Shown here piece by piece: positions 1 to 9,170 of a stretch of 64,000 bases of DNA (position 1 is its first letter; each line of letters begins with the position of its first letter). The position numbers and the translations under genes were made by a program. Under the pieces are notes generated by a model. It saw nothing but the letters and a program-made list of their open reading frames with translations. It had not been told where the DNA came from and ran no database searches. Source of the stretch: an uncultured Methanotrichaceae archaeon (GTDB lineage Archaea > Halobacteriota > Methanosarcinia > Methanotrichales > Methanotrichaceae); assembly GCA_964462795.1 (NCBI GenBank), contig CAYWZG010000001.1, positions 3,197-67,196 of the forward strand, in the 5' to 3' direction.

Positions 1-561
1 TTGAGCGAAAGGGTGACTGCAGCTCACTGTGTCTGGCTCTCCTCAAGGGATATCAAAATCCTGGCTGAGCGAAAGGTAAACGTCGCCCATTGCTCGATCA
101 GCAACCAAAAGCTCGCTTCAGGAATCGCGCCATTGGACCAGCTCCAGAAGGCGGGCGCTAACATCTGTCTTGGCACCGATGGCGCCTCCTCCAACAACAG
201 CCTCAACCTCTTCCAGGAGATGAAGACGGCGACCATCGCCCAGAAGTGCGCCCATTCAAGGCCCAACCTCTTCAAGGCCGAGGAGATTTGGAAGATGGGG
301 ACCACGAACGGCTACAAGGCCCTCGGCTTCGATATAGGACTGCGAAAAGGTGCTCTTGCAGACTTGGTACTGATTGATCTTGGTAAACCTTGGTTCTGTC
401 CGATCTCTAACGTCCTTTCACATCTGATATACAGCATGTCAGGCGGTGTGGACACTACAATCGTGAACGGGAAGATCTTGATGAAAGGTGGCGTAATCCC
501 TGGAGAAGAAGAGATATTAGAGAATGCCCAGGAACGATTTCTGGATCTGGTGAGCCGCTAA
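1..561 (+). CDS. mtaD: Amidohydrolase-superfamily nucleoside deaminase, C-terminal part (5'-methylthioadenosine/S-adenosylhomocysteine deaminase-like); the 5' end is outside the window
   Basis: The ORF is open from base 1. The translation has AHCVWL, NVAHCSISNQKLASGIAP and CLGTDGASSNNSLNLFQEM, which are typical metal-ligand blocks of MtaD/DadD-type amidohydrolases. Confidence 0.75.
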   Translation: MSERVTAAHCVWLSSRDIKILAERKVNVAHCSISNQKLASGIAPLDQLQKAGANICLGTDGASSNNSLNLFQEMKTATIAQKCAHSRPNLFKAEEIWKMGTTNGYKALGFDIGLRKGALADLVLIDLGKPWFCPISNVLSHLIYSMSGGVDTTIVNGKILMKGGVIPGEEEILENAQERFLDLVSR

Positions 562-565
562 CACC

Positions 566-694
566 TATAGTGTTTAATGATACCTTTCGGACAAATGTCG
601 AACTCGTAAGAGTTCGACATTTTGGCCTATTCGTGTCGTTAAACACTAATCTTTCGAGAACCGATCCGTCTCACCTAATCGGTTCTCGACTATA
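566..694 (+). repeat. Bipartite palindromic intergenic repeat, full copy (module A then module B)
   Basis: Sequence runs TATAGTGTTTAATGATACC...inner hairpin ATGTCGAACTC/GAGTTCGACAT...GTCGTTAAACACTA, then TCGAGAACCGAT...ATCGGTTCTCGACTATA. It starts 5 nt after the upstream stop codon and resembles the copies at 13472, 33984, 59544 and 62369. Confidence 0.9.
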
Positions 695-807
695 AACCAC
701 CCTAACTTGAAGATGCTTCAACTTTTTGGCAGCATCGATCCATTGCCCCCTTTCGAACGAGCCTTGAACCCTCGAAAAACGGGGGCGGTTCATTCCCCTA
801 CAAACCT

Positions 808-1869
808 TTACCACTTCTTTCGTCTCTTGATTTTGGGGACGTGTTTGGAAGCTCCGCCGAAGTAAAGAGCAATTATCAGCGTCGCGAGAATTGAGATTGT
901 GATGAAAGTCTTGAATCTTGAAGGTCGTTCCACCTTCATGAGTAGTGCAAGCTCTTCAGTTGTCTCCACTGCTTCCACTCCAATATCTTTTTGCGCTTCC
1001 TCGCCTGAAACATACCAGATCTGGCATATCAACCCCACATTCCCTGGCTCGATATCTTCCTCTACTTCTACCCAGAATTCAGTCTTCTTGGACTTCCCTG
1101 GAGCGATTTCTCCAACCACGAGAGGGTCTAAAGTTTCATCGCTCATCTTGAACCATGGCAGAGGTTCAAGCTTCGCCCTCAAATTCACGGCAGGCTCATC
1201 GCCTCTGTTTTCCAGCGTCACCTCGATCCAAGAACTATGACCTGGTGAGAGATCGCCCTGAACTTCCTTCACCACAATCCTGGGTCCTGTGACAACAGTC
1301 ACTTCCAGGGAAATGGTCTCTTGGGCTGAATCTCTCTGAAACTGGATCTCAGGATAAAGGGGATCTCCCCCCACCAGGACGTTATTTTGAACTTGGTAGC
1401 TTAGCTCCAGAACCATTGGGTAGACCTCTGCATTGGCATCCCCATCGATTCGCACCTGGAATTCAAGTGGACTTTTCGACACATCGCCACTCTGAAGAGA
1501 TCCGGCCAGTTGAGGTCCTGACAAGATCTCCACTTTATCGTCTTTGCTCATAAGTCTGGCCTCGATTCCCATGGCTTTAGAAGCTTCAAGTTCCATCTCA
1601 CCTTCGAGCGCCGCCAACATGTTCTCCATCTCACTTTGGGGCGACCTCTTGGGTTTCATGACGACATCGCCTAGGTTCTCAAGCTCTATCAAGACCGATC
1701 CCACACATCCTACCTTCATTTTGGAATCTACCGAAACTATCGCAAGCTTTGGACCGCCCTCCGCTTTGCAGTAGTCATCTCCAGTAGCGGTGGATACCAA
1801 AAAAACCGACACGATCGAGATGATCCAAAAAATGTGTGTCAAATCCATCTTAAGGTGGAACATTCTCAT
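808..1869 (-). CDS. Secreted cell-surface protein with a C-terminal TM anchor (S-layer/COG1361-like beta-rich domains)
   Basis: N-terminal hydrophobic signal (IFWIISIVSVFLVSTATG). Beta-rich body. C-terminal TM segment (FITISILATLIIALYFGG) followed by a basic tail, KIKRRKKW. Confidence 0.6.
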   Translation of the reverse strand: MRMFHLKMDLTHIFWIISIVSVFLVSTATGDDYCKAEGGPKLAIVSVDSKMKVGCVGSVLIELENLGDVVMKPKRSPQSEMENMLAALEGEMELEASKAMGIEARLMSKDDKVEILSGPQLAGSLQSGDVSKSPLEFQVRIDGDANAEVYPMVLELSYQVQNNVLVGGDPLYPEIQFQRDSAQETISLEVTVVTGPRIVVKEVQGDLSPGHSSWIEVTLENRGDEPAVNLRAKLEPLPWFKMSDETLDPLVVGEIAPGKSKKTEFWVEVEEDIEPGNVGLICQIWYVSGEEAQKDIGVEAVETTEELALLMKVERPSRFKTFITISILATLIIALYFGGASKHVPKIKRRKKW

Positions 1870-1904
1870 TTTTTCATCCTCAGATTGTCATTGCATGGTA
1901 ACAT

Positions 1905-1970
1905 ATTCGTATCGTTAAGCACCATTCTTGCGAGAACCAATAAGTTTCATCTAATCAGTTCTTGACTATA
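1905..1970 (+). repeat. Partial copy of the intergenic repeat (right arm of module A plus module B)
   Basis: ATTCGTATCGTTAAGCACCATTCTTGCGAGAACCAATAAG...CTAATCAGTTCTTGACTATA. Confidence 0.8.
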
Positions 1971-2474
1971 CATATTACATATCTCTACTTTCCAAGTTTT
2001 GATTTTTGCATACATTTGCCAGATTGTAAGCTGAATTAATGCTATTTTTATCGGAATATATGAGGCGTATTTAATTCCGTATGGTTCTCATATCATGCGA
2101 GACGCAAAGGTAGTTTATAAGCTGGGCGCGACCGAGGGAAAACTTGGAAAGTAGAGTTACATATTTCATCGGATCTCTCTTCCATCTGCACCAAAGATAT
2201 GAACCCGGTGGATCTTTCGGCCATCTTCTTATTCTTCGTCATAGCTTTCGCACTAGGTCCTGGCCCATTGACCTGATCGACCTCTTGGATTGGGGCACGA
2301 TCAAAGAGGGGACATATCCGCCCGATTTGTCATCTGAACTGTGAAAACATGTCCTTTGTCAGCAATCCAACAAGTATGGTTCACACCAATCCATTATCCT
2401 GGTTATTTGCCTTTTGTCCTTGCACCAAGATGTAAAGCATTTAATTTAAATTAATTATTGCGGACGCCCCTCCC

Positions 2475-2490
2475 GTTAAATTTTAATAGG
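2475..2490 (+). promoter_or_regulatory. Candidate archaeal TATA-like element upstream of the 2536-8166 operon
   Basis: GTTAAATTTTAATAGG lies about 46-60 nt upstream of the ATG at 2536. A perfect 14-bp AT palindrome, TTAATTTAAATTAA, precedes it at 2441-2454. Confidence 0.25.
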
Positions 2491-2535
2491 CATGCGCTCA
2501 TTTCCGATCAGTAAAAAATTGTCGGTCGTAGAGGC

Positions 2536-4524
2536 ATGAATCTCATAAAACCTACATTGCTTGTGTTGGTAGCAATCGCGCTGAGTTTTGCGCCTGCTTC
2601 GGGCCAAGCTTCGATGGACCTATCCCAAACTGGAACTTCGAAGATGCCCTTCAACGTAAACCAGCCCGTGATCTACAGCATTGATCTAATGAATAGCGGG
2701 AGCTTTATGCGCTATAACGTGGTCCTGGACGTGGGTCCTGACTACAGAGATTACACAATTACGAAAAGATACACCAAAACGGTCGATCTGGACTCAGGGA
2801 CCTCCAAAGCAATAGAATTCAAGATCAATTTCAGGTCGCCAGAGCTCTGCCAGGGTGAGTTTTGTGAATGGGCCTCAGATCCCGATGATACCACCACCTG
2901 GGAAAGATGTTGGTATCGAACATCGATCACTTCCAAGATGGGTGGGAAAATGGCGCCTCTTGAGAGTTACGACGGCAACCCGACCCTCATGAAGATGATC
3001 ACGATTTACAAAGACGCAGAAGTCTCGCCGCGGATGGGCACCAATGAGACCCTCTACGACTATCAGCTCGATGTGTTCTCCAGCGCAGATGACAACGTCA
3101 CATTGCAGGTGGCGCCCGAAACTACAGGACCATGGAACGACGTCAATACGAAGAGTTACACCACTCCTGGAACTTGGCAAACTCTAAAGTGGGAGAATGT
3201 ATCACTCGACTTTGACTTCGTAAAGGCCCATTATAAGTTCGTCGGACGAAAGCAGTCTGAAACTTCCGAGGGACCATTCTGGCCCATAGACTATGAATAC
3301 GGAAACGAAAGCGTCGCCCCCAACGATGGTTTTTCAGATACGCCATTCTCCTATGGTCTCGACTTCAAAGCCAACAAAGCTCTCGATGTTGTGCTGAACG
3401 TTTGGGACATAGACCAGAACCTGTTCAGGCCGATGGGACGGATGAGCTACACGAGCGCTCCGGAATGGGATCTGTTGGAGTGGCATGACATAAAGCCAAG
3501 CGAACAGATAGGGTCTGAAGGATCATCATCTTATTACTTTAGCTTCTATTACCCAGGATCGGAAAGCCCCTTGGGCACAAGCCAGGACGACGGCGGAAAA
3601 GTCTATCTCGGCCCGAGTATAATTCTGATAAAGTTTGGCAACACGACTGTAACGCCAGATGAAGGTAGCACCATCGCCCAGTACACTTACGGCGTCCAAG
3701 TCGATACAGGCCTTCCATGTTGCGACATTGAACTTCAGACTTGTGAGCCTGGAAGTTCTATCTGGAAGTCACAGGGCATCGCCACCTACAACGGAGATAG
3801 GGAGGTCTCCTGGGACAACATAACGTTCGAATGTGGTTTGGATGGTGTGGTGAAGTACAGGTTCCTCAAGGTGGCATCCCCGCCTGCAGTATATGACGGG
3901 CCTACCCTGACAAAACAGACCATCATAGGAGATGTTACTCCTGCAAGAGGCGTCCTGCAGGTCTTCTACGACAAAAACAATCGTTACAACTACACTTACA
4001 CAGTTGGGTTTGAGAATGTGGAAGAGGACGAGCTCTGGGTCGAGCTTCTCGTAAGAGCGCCCAAGTCAACCTGGAAGACCGTGGGTGAAAAAAAGCAGTA
4101 TGACGTCTCTGTTGGAGACCTTTCTTGGACCCTCAAGCCATTCTCGGACGTTGAGTTCTTGGGGAATGCCGAGTACAAGTTCCTCGTAAACGGCGTTAAT
4201 AGCAATAAGGTATTCAAAGGGCCAGAGATCGTGGCGATGTACAAGGGCCTGAACTTTGAGAAAAACACCGGTAGCCCTAACAAATACAATTACATGGCTC
4301 AGGTGAACTCTTCAGAGAACCTTACCGTGGATCTGATCCATTCGAACGATAACGTAAACTGGGAGAACCTCAACGACGAGAAACGCTACGTTGCCAACAC
4401 CGGATGGAAAACGCTTGTATGGAGCAGCAAGCCAGGATATAGGTACTACGAAATGGACATAACGTTCTATGACGAGACCTTGACAGGCATCATACCAGAG
4501 GCAGATGTCACATTAGAGGGATGA
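2536..4524 (+). CDS. Secreted repeat-domain protein (662 aa), function unknown
   Basis: Signal peptide (LLVLVAIALSFAPASGQA). At least four tandem modules of about 85-100 aa. Many N-x-S/T sequons. The stop overlaps the next start (ATGA at 4521-4524). Confidence 0.8.
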   Translation: MNLIKPTLLVLVAIALSFAPASGQASMDLSQTGTSKMPFNVNQPVIYSIDLMNSGSFMRYNVVLDVGPDYRDYTITKRYTKTVDLDSGTSKAIEFKINFRSPELCQGEFCEWASDPDDTTTWERCWYRTSITSKMGGKMAPLESYDGNPTLMKMITIYKDAEVSPRMGTNETLYDYQLDVFSSADDNVTLQVAPETTGPWNDVNTKSYTTPGTWQTLKWENVSLDFDFVKAHYKFVGRKQSETSEGPFWPIDYEYGNESVAPNDGFSDTPFSYGLDFKANKALDVVLNVWDIDQNLFRPMGRMSYTSAPEWDLLEWHDIKPSEQIGSEGSSSYYFSFYYPGSESPLGTSQDDGGKVYLGPSIILIKFGNTTVTPDEGSTIAQYTYGVQVDTGLPCCDIELQTCEPGSSIWKSQGIATYNGDREVSWDNITFECGLDGVVKYRFLKVASPPAVYDGPTLTKQTIIGDVTPARGVLQVFYDKNNRYNYTYTVGFENVEEDELWVELLVRAPKSTWKTVGEKKQYDVSVGDLSWTLKPFSDVEFLGNAEYKFLVNGVNSNKVFKGPEIVAMYKGLNFEKNTGSPNKYNYMAQVNSSENLTVDLIHSNDNVNWENLNDEKRYVANTGWKTLVWSSKPGYRYYEMDITFYDETLTGIIPEADVTLEG

Positions 4525-5939
4525 ACGTGAAATCCTTAACATTTATTTTAGTTGCTATGTGCCTCATCAACTGCGCTCTTTGTGCTGAGGGACCACCGCC
4601 AAATAATGGCGGCGATTCTAGCAGCAGTCACGGAGGCAAGAAGATCGTGAAACTGGATCTAGACGATCTCGTAGGAAACTTTGAGAAATGGAAGAAAGAA
4701 GATCCAAAGCAGTTCGATTATATGAAAAAACTGCTTCACATACCCTTTGAACCTTCAGGGAATTACAGTACGCCAACGGTCTTGATATATTATCCTTATA
4801 ACAACACCAACATCACCCGAAACGAGAAGCTCAAAATGATTGCTTGGGTTAAAAATGACAACCCAATCGAGGTGAGATCTAACATATACCTCCAATTGGA
4901 GGCAAAAGGCCCAGGCGAAAAGAACTTCAGCGCGGTGAGTTCGCAAAGGGTCGTACTTTCCAACGAGTACAGCGAAGATAGCAACGCCAGCATGAGAGAT
5001 TGGTCTGACATCACGCCATTCCTCGATTCAAAAGAGACCGGGAACGTATCTTTTAGGATATGGTTCAACGACATGCACCGCACATATTACACCAACACCA
5101 TGTACAACAAATCTTACCGCTCAGGCGATTTTTACAGCGAGCTGAACCTGAACCTGATCAACACGCCACCTGAGATTGATGAGGATTGCATCAAGGTCTC
5201 GCCGGACCAGGCAAGGTACAACGATCCCATAAAGTACGAGGCATGTTTCTTCGATTCGGAAGGGGACATGGTGAACGTGACGCTCCACGTCTTCGATGAG
5301 TTGGGCAACGAGCATAAGAACGCAACCCAGATAATTAAATCCGGGAAAAACGTGACATTTACCGCGAGCGAATACGGATTCTTTGGGGAAGAAGATGCAG
5401 GAAAGAACTTCACATACAGTTATTCATACGACGATGGGCTCAACGGCAGCGTAACGAAGACCATGCCGGGGCCAAGCCTCCTATCGTCTCCAAAAATATA
5501 CACCTCCAACCAAAATGTGACAGCAGAGGATAATAACCAGTACTGGTGGCAAAGCTACACGTTCAGCATCAAGGTGAAGAATCCTGAAGTGAATAACTTG
5601 AGGATCGATCTTTACACCGACACGCCAGCTCATGGTGGAAAACATCAAGTGTCAAAGTGTATCAACGCCTCTAAAGAGTCTGAAGAAGCAGAGGACGTGA
5701 GCTTCACTCTCAAACCCTTCGAGGTTTCAGATGCTGGCCAGCCCTTTACATATTACTTTACTTATTCTGCACCTGATCAAGCCTCTAGATCGGAATCTGA
5801 CCATGAAGCAGGGGGCGTCATCAACCCCAGGTTGGTGAAGTATCCGATACATTCGGGCGTGATGGTGGCAAACCTTCTTTTCATCTTGCTCATCTCCCTT
5901 GTGGCAGGCGTCGTGATCGAGAGGAGGTTGTATAGATGA
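4521..5939 (+). CDS. Secreted repeat-domain protein with a C-terminal TM anchor (472 aa), function unknown
   Basis: Signal peptide (LTFILVAMCLINCALCAEG). Very many N-x-S/T sequons. C-terminal TM (VMVANLLFILLISLVAGVVI) plus ERRLYR. ATGA overlaps at both ends. Confidence 0.8.
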   Translation: MNVKSLTFILVAMCLINCALCAEGPPPNNGGDSSSSHGGKKIVKLDLDDLVGNFEKWKKEDPKQFDYMKKLLHIPFEPSGNYSTPTVLIYYPYNNTNITRNEKLKMIAWVKNDNPIEVRSNIYLQLEAKGPGEKNFSAVSSQRVVLSNEYSEDSNASMRDWSDITPFLDSKETGNVSFRIWFNDMHRTYYTNTMYNKSYRSGDFYSELNLNLINTPPEIDEDCIKVSPDQARYNDPIKYEACFFDSEGDMVNVTLHVFDELGNEHKNATQIIKSGKNVTFTASEYGFFGEEDAGKNFTYSYSYDDGLNGSVTKTMPGPSLLSSPKIYTSNQNVTAEDNNQYWWQSYTFSIKVKNPEVNNLRIDLYTDTPAHGGKHQVSKCINASKESEEAEDVSFTLKPFEVSDAGQPFTYYFTYSAPDQASRSESDHEAGGVINPRLVKYPIHSGVMVANLLFILLISLVAGVVIERRLYR

Positions 5940-6631
5940 ACGCAATCGCCGTGAACGTAACTGCAGCGTCTCCGATTTCGTTGGTGGATATTCCACCTAC
6001 AGACGTGCTGTCGAACTTTTTATCAGGGCCTCTCGCCAGCATATCTTCCAACGGGTTCTTGGGAGTGGGCCTCTTCGCCTTCATTCTGGCCTTGGGATTG
6101 GTATTGCATAAATTGAACATGATGAGGACCTATAAGCGGGTGGTCTCAACTTCAGATGGGCTTGAGATATCTGAAGAGAGCCTCAGTGAGGAGATGTTCT
6201 CTCGTCAGGGTTCCAACTTCAATGCCGCTGCTGTGGGCGCCTGGATTTTCCTGTTCGTTGCCTTCGCCTACTTTTACTTCTTAACACCAAGCTTGATCCC
6301 TAAGTACAACTATTTCCAGGTGCCTTCTCTTGCCTCAAGCCCCATAGGGTTCTTCCTATTCGGATTTCTTGTGTTGTTGCTGACCGGCACGGCTTCGGCT
6401 TTTCTTCCAAGGGTGTTCTACAGTTATTACCAAGTATCGAAGAATGAAAAGATGGCCATAATGCTCACAATCCCGCTCCTGGCAGTCTCCATAATAATAT
6501 CGGTTTATCTAGGTACAATATGCCCTGCACAGGAGGTCAACCTGAGGACTGTGGCCTTTTTTGCCCTTTTCGTATCTCAGATCGCGTTGTTGTGGCCGGT
6601 TTACCTTGACACCTTGGAGGGAGTTCGATGA
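5936..6631 (+). CDS. Polytopic membrane protein (about 5 TM, 231 aa), function unknown
   Basis: Five hydrophobic segments of about 20 aa. ATGA overlaps with both neighbours. Confidence 0.75.
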   Translation: MNAIAVNVTAASPISLVDIPPTDVLSNFLSGPLASISSNGFLGVGLFAFILALGLVLHKLNMMRTYKRVVSTSDGLEISEESLSEEMFSRQGSNFNAAAVGAWIFLFVAFAYFYFLTPSLIPKYNYFQVPSLASSPIGFFLFGFLVLLLTGTASAFLPRVFYSYYQVSKNEKMAIMLTIPLLAVSIIISVYLGTICPAQEVNLRTVAFFALFVSQIALLWPVYLDTLEGVR

Positions 6632-8166
6632 GACTTTGTATCGTGGGAATTGGAGGATGTGGCGGACACCTGGCAGAACATTTCCTCAAGAACGAGGACG
6701 TCACCGTATTGAAGAAATCTCTGGGCCGTCACGTGTCATTCGGTAGCGTAAAAGGGCTATGGCTCGAAGCTGACGTCCAAGAAACCAACAACCAAGATTT
6801 CTTTGGGTCTATTGAAAGAGGCAAGTATCCTGGCTATTTCATACCACACGACGTCATAAAATCCGATTCCAAGGCGTCAAGAGCGGTCCAGGATATCTAC
6901 GGGTACGATATAAAGAAACAGGGGTTCATGAGGCAGGCCGAGTTCTTGAAAGCAGTCTTTGAAATATTCGACACTGACGAAGTGGTAAAGAGCGCGGCCC
7001 TTTCTGAATGCGAGTCGACAAACCCAATCTTGAGGAGGGCATGGGACCATATCCGCCCCTGTACCACCCTTGCCGGTGCTGAGAATAACAACAAGGCATC
7101 TGAACTGTGCGATGGGATACTCTTCTTGATATCTCTTGGCGGAGGGACTGGAACTGGTTTTGTCAACCCGATCACAGGATACATCCGAGGCGAGAGAAGC
7201 GCATATCCTGCATTTGTCCTGGCGGTGCTAACCGAGGAGGGAGTAGATCCGCAGCAGAGGGCTAAAGAGGCAAAGAGGGATATGGGCGCCATGATCTCTC
7301 TTTACGACCTCATCACCAAGAAGTCTGGGATAGGGGTTGATGGCGTGATTTTGGTGGATAACCAAATAATGATAGAGAAGTTTGGTCAGGATTATCCAGC
7401 TATCGATCAGTACATCTACCAGGCCATGAAGCCTTTTGTGGCGGGACACCATTATCCAGGAGAAGATCCGCCAAGCTTGGCCATGCGAGAGAAGTTCCTC
7501 GAAGGTTTGCCGAGCCCTCCGATTCTGGTTCCATGTTACTACCGAATGAAACGGCGCAACGATCCTGAAGACGAGTTAGTGAAAAGAGCGCTCAGCGAAG
7601 AAGGTCAGCTCTTTAGGTGTGACCCAAAGATGGCGGAGAGAGCTTATGTCTTTACGAGGGGGTTCATGGAATTTGACGAGATCGTGAACGCCGTTGCCAA
7701 ATACACTGGTCTACCTAAAGATAGGATCGAGCCCTGGAGGAAGCTTGGTGAGAATAAGTGGGACGAGGTCCTGATATTGCTCAGAAACCCTTACGGTGGC
7801 AAAGATAAGGCATATGAGGACAAACTCACGTTGGAGTACCGCCTCCACAGGACTTTGAGGATGGCTCTCAAGTACATGGACGATCCTGAGAGCAAATTGA
7901 TTCCGGAAGGCATGCCCGATAAGACCAGAGACGCTCTGGATGATTACTTTTATGGCAAAACTGGAATCAGGAATGAGTTCAAGCAGTCTTTAACCAGGAT
8001 CGAGAAGGGCGAAAAGCCCTTTTTCCTCCATGAAAGAAACATATTCGAGGATAAATCCGAACAGGGTTTTGGAAACAATACGAATCATGAAACCCTTCCG
8101 GATGACGACAAGATACGCAAGATCGTGATGGAAGAGATGGCCAAGATATTGGGTGAGCGGGCTTAA
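6628..8166 (+). CDS. Divergent tubulin/FtsZ-superfamily GTPase (512 aa)
   Basis: N-terminal IVGIGGCGG (T1-like GxGxxG, aa 5-13). GGGTGTG at aa 171-177 (nt 7138-7158) matches the tubulin signature [SAG]GGTG[SA]G. VDNQ lies downstream. No signal peptide or TM segment. Confidence 0.7.
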   Translation: MRLCIVGIGGCGGHLAEHFLKNEDVTVLKKSLGRHVSFGSVKGLWLEADVQETNNQDFFGSIERGKYPGYFIPHDVIKSDSKASRAVQDIYGYDIKKQGFMRQAEFLKAVFEIFDTDEVVKSAALSECESTNPILRRAWDHIRPCTTLAGAENNNKASELCDGILFLISLGGGTGTGFVNPITGYIRGERSAYPAFVLAVLTEEGVDPQQRAKEAKRDMGAMISLYDLITKKSGIGVDGVILVDNQIMIEKFGQDYPAIDQYIYQAMKPFVAGHHYPGEDPPSLAMREKFLEGLPSPPILVPCYYRMKRRNDPEDELVKRALSEEGQLFRCDPKMAERAYVFTRGFMEFDEIVNAVAKYTGLPKDRIEPWRKLGENKWDEVLILLRNPYGGKDKAYEDKLTLEYRLHRTLRMALKYMDDPESKLIPEGMPDKTRDALDDYFYGKTGIRNEFKQSLTRIEKGEKPFFLHERNIFEDKSEQGFGNNTNHETLPDDDKIRKIVMEEMAKILGERA

Positions 8167-8200
8167 GCCCGACTTTGCCCACCTTGCTTCATATTCCACT

Positions 8201-8638
8201 TCACATATACAGCCGTTTCCACATTAAAACAGCGTCTTTTCCGCGCCCGTAGTAGTTTTCCAGGCGCACTGCCTCTTTGTACCCAAGCTGAGAATAGAGC
8301 GCCAAAGCAGCACTATTTTCGACAGAAACTTCGAGCTGAACCGCCTTTGCACCGGCAGCGAGTAACTCTTGCTCCAAAGATTCTATCAAAGCAAAGCCAG
8401 CACCTCTGCCGCGGTTCAGCGGATGAACATCCAGGGTGATCACTTTTCCCCAATCGCCGCTCACAGCCCCCATCACGAATCCCAGGATCTTGCCCTCTTC
8501 TGCCACCAGGGCGATGCCCGTTCTCAGGAAGAATGAGAGCATGTCTTCAGAGAAGGCTACTTGGGGCGCAAAAGAAATACTCTCGATTGAAAGGATCGAG
8601 GGCAAGTCCCCATCTTTTGCCCTCCGAACTCTCATCAC
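8201..8638 (-). CDS. rimI: GNAT-family N-acetyltransferase (RimI-like)
   Basis: 145 aa. Acetyl-CoA binding motif RGRGAG, followed by a typical GNAT C-terminal half (LEVSVENSAALALYSQLGY). Confidence 0.7.
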   Translation of the reverse strand: MMRVRRAKDGDLPSILSIESISFAPQVAFSEDMLSFFLRTGIALVAEEGKILGFVMGAVSGDWGKVITLDVHPLNRGRGAGFALIESLEQELLAAGAKAVQLEVSVENSAALALYSQLGYKEAVRLENYYGRGKDAVLMWKRLYM

Positions 8639-9012
8639 TTCTCAGATACCTGCCTGACCACGTCGGTGTAAGCCCCAAACACCGAAGGTATGTCGACGGT
8701 TCCCACAACGTCCACAATGCCCACCGCTGCGATCACCGATCCGGCTTTGTCCTTGATGGGCGCAACAGAGACCGGGACGTCTTTGTAAGCGCCACCTTTC
8801 GGCACCGTTCTGATGGCCTTCCCAGTCCTTATCACCTCTTCCAGAACAGGGCCAGAATATTCCACGTCGAGAACTTTGCCGCCTTCCACTCGAACGCCTG
8901 GGGCTTTTGCGCTCTTCATGGTTATGGGAAGGCCCAATATCTGGTTGATCGCCACAGCCAGGGGTGCAAGATCTTCTGATCCCGAATTCTCGGATATTAC
9001 CAGCTCAGCCAT
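8635..9012 (-). CDS. Conserved hypothetical cytoplasmic protein (125 aa)
   Basis: Intact ORF with a 4-bp overlap with the downstream GNAT gene. I recognise no motif with confidence. Confidence 0.5.
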   Translation of the reverse strand: MAELVISENSGSEDLAPLAVAINQILGLPITMKSAKAPGVRVEGGKVLDVEYSGPVLEEVIRTGKAIRTVPKGGAYKDVPVSVAPIKDKAGSVIAAVGIVDVVGTVDIPSVFGAYTDVVRQVSEK

Positions 9013-9170
9013 GTGACCTTTTCAGGCTCTAATTGTTGATATAGTCTCCCTTCAGCGCCGTTCAATTTTGGCAGCCTTTGGCCCAAGTTCAAGCCTTTGG
9101 CACCTGCTCTAAGTGCGGGGCTTATTCTCCGCTTAACCTGACGCCTTCAAATTTTCAGGGCAGATCTTTT

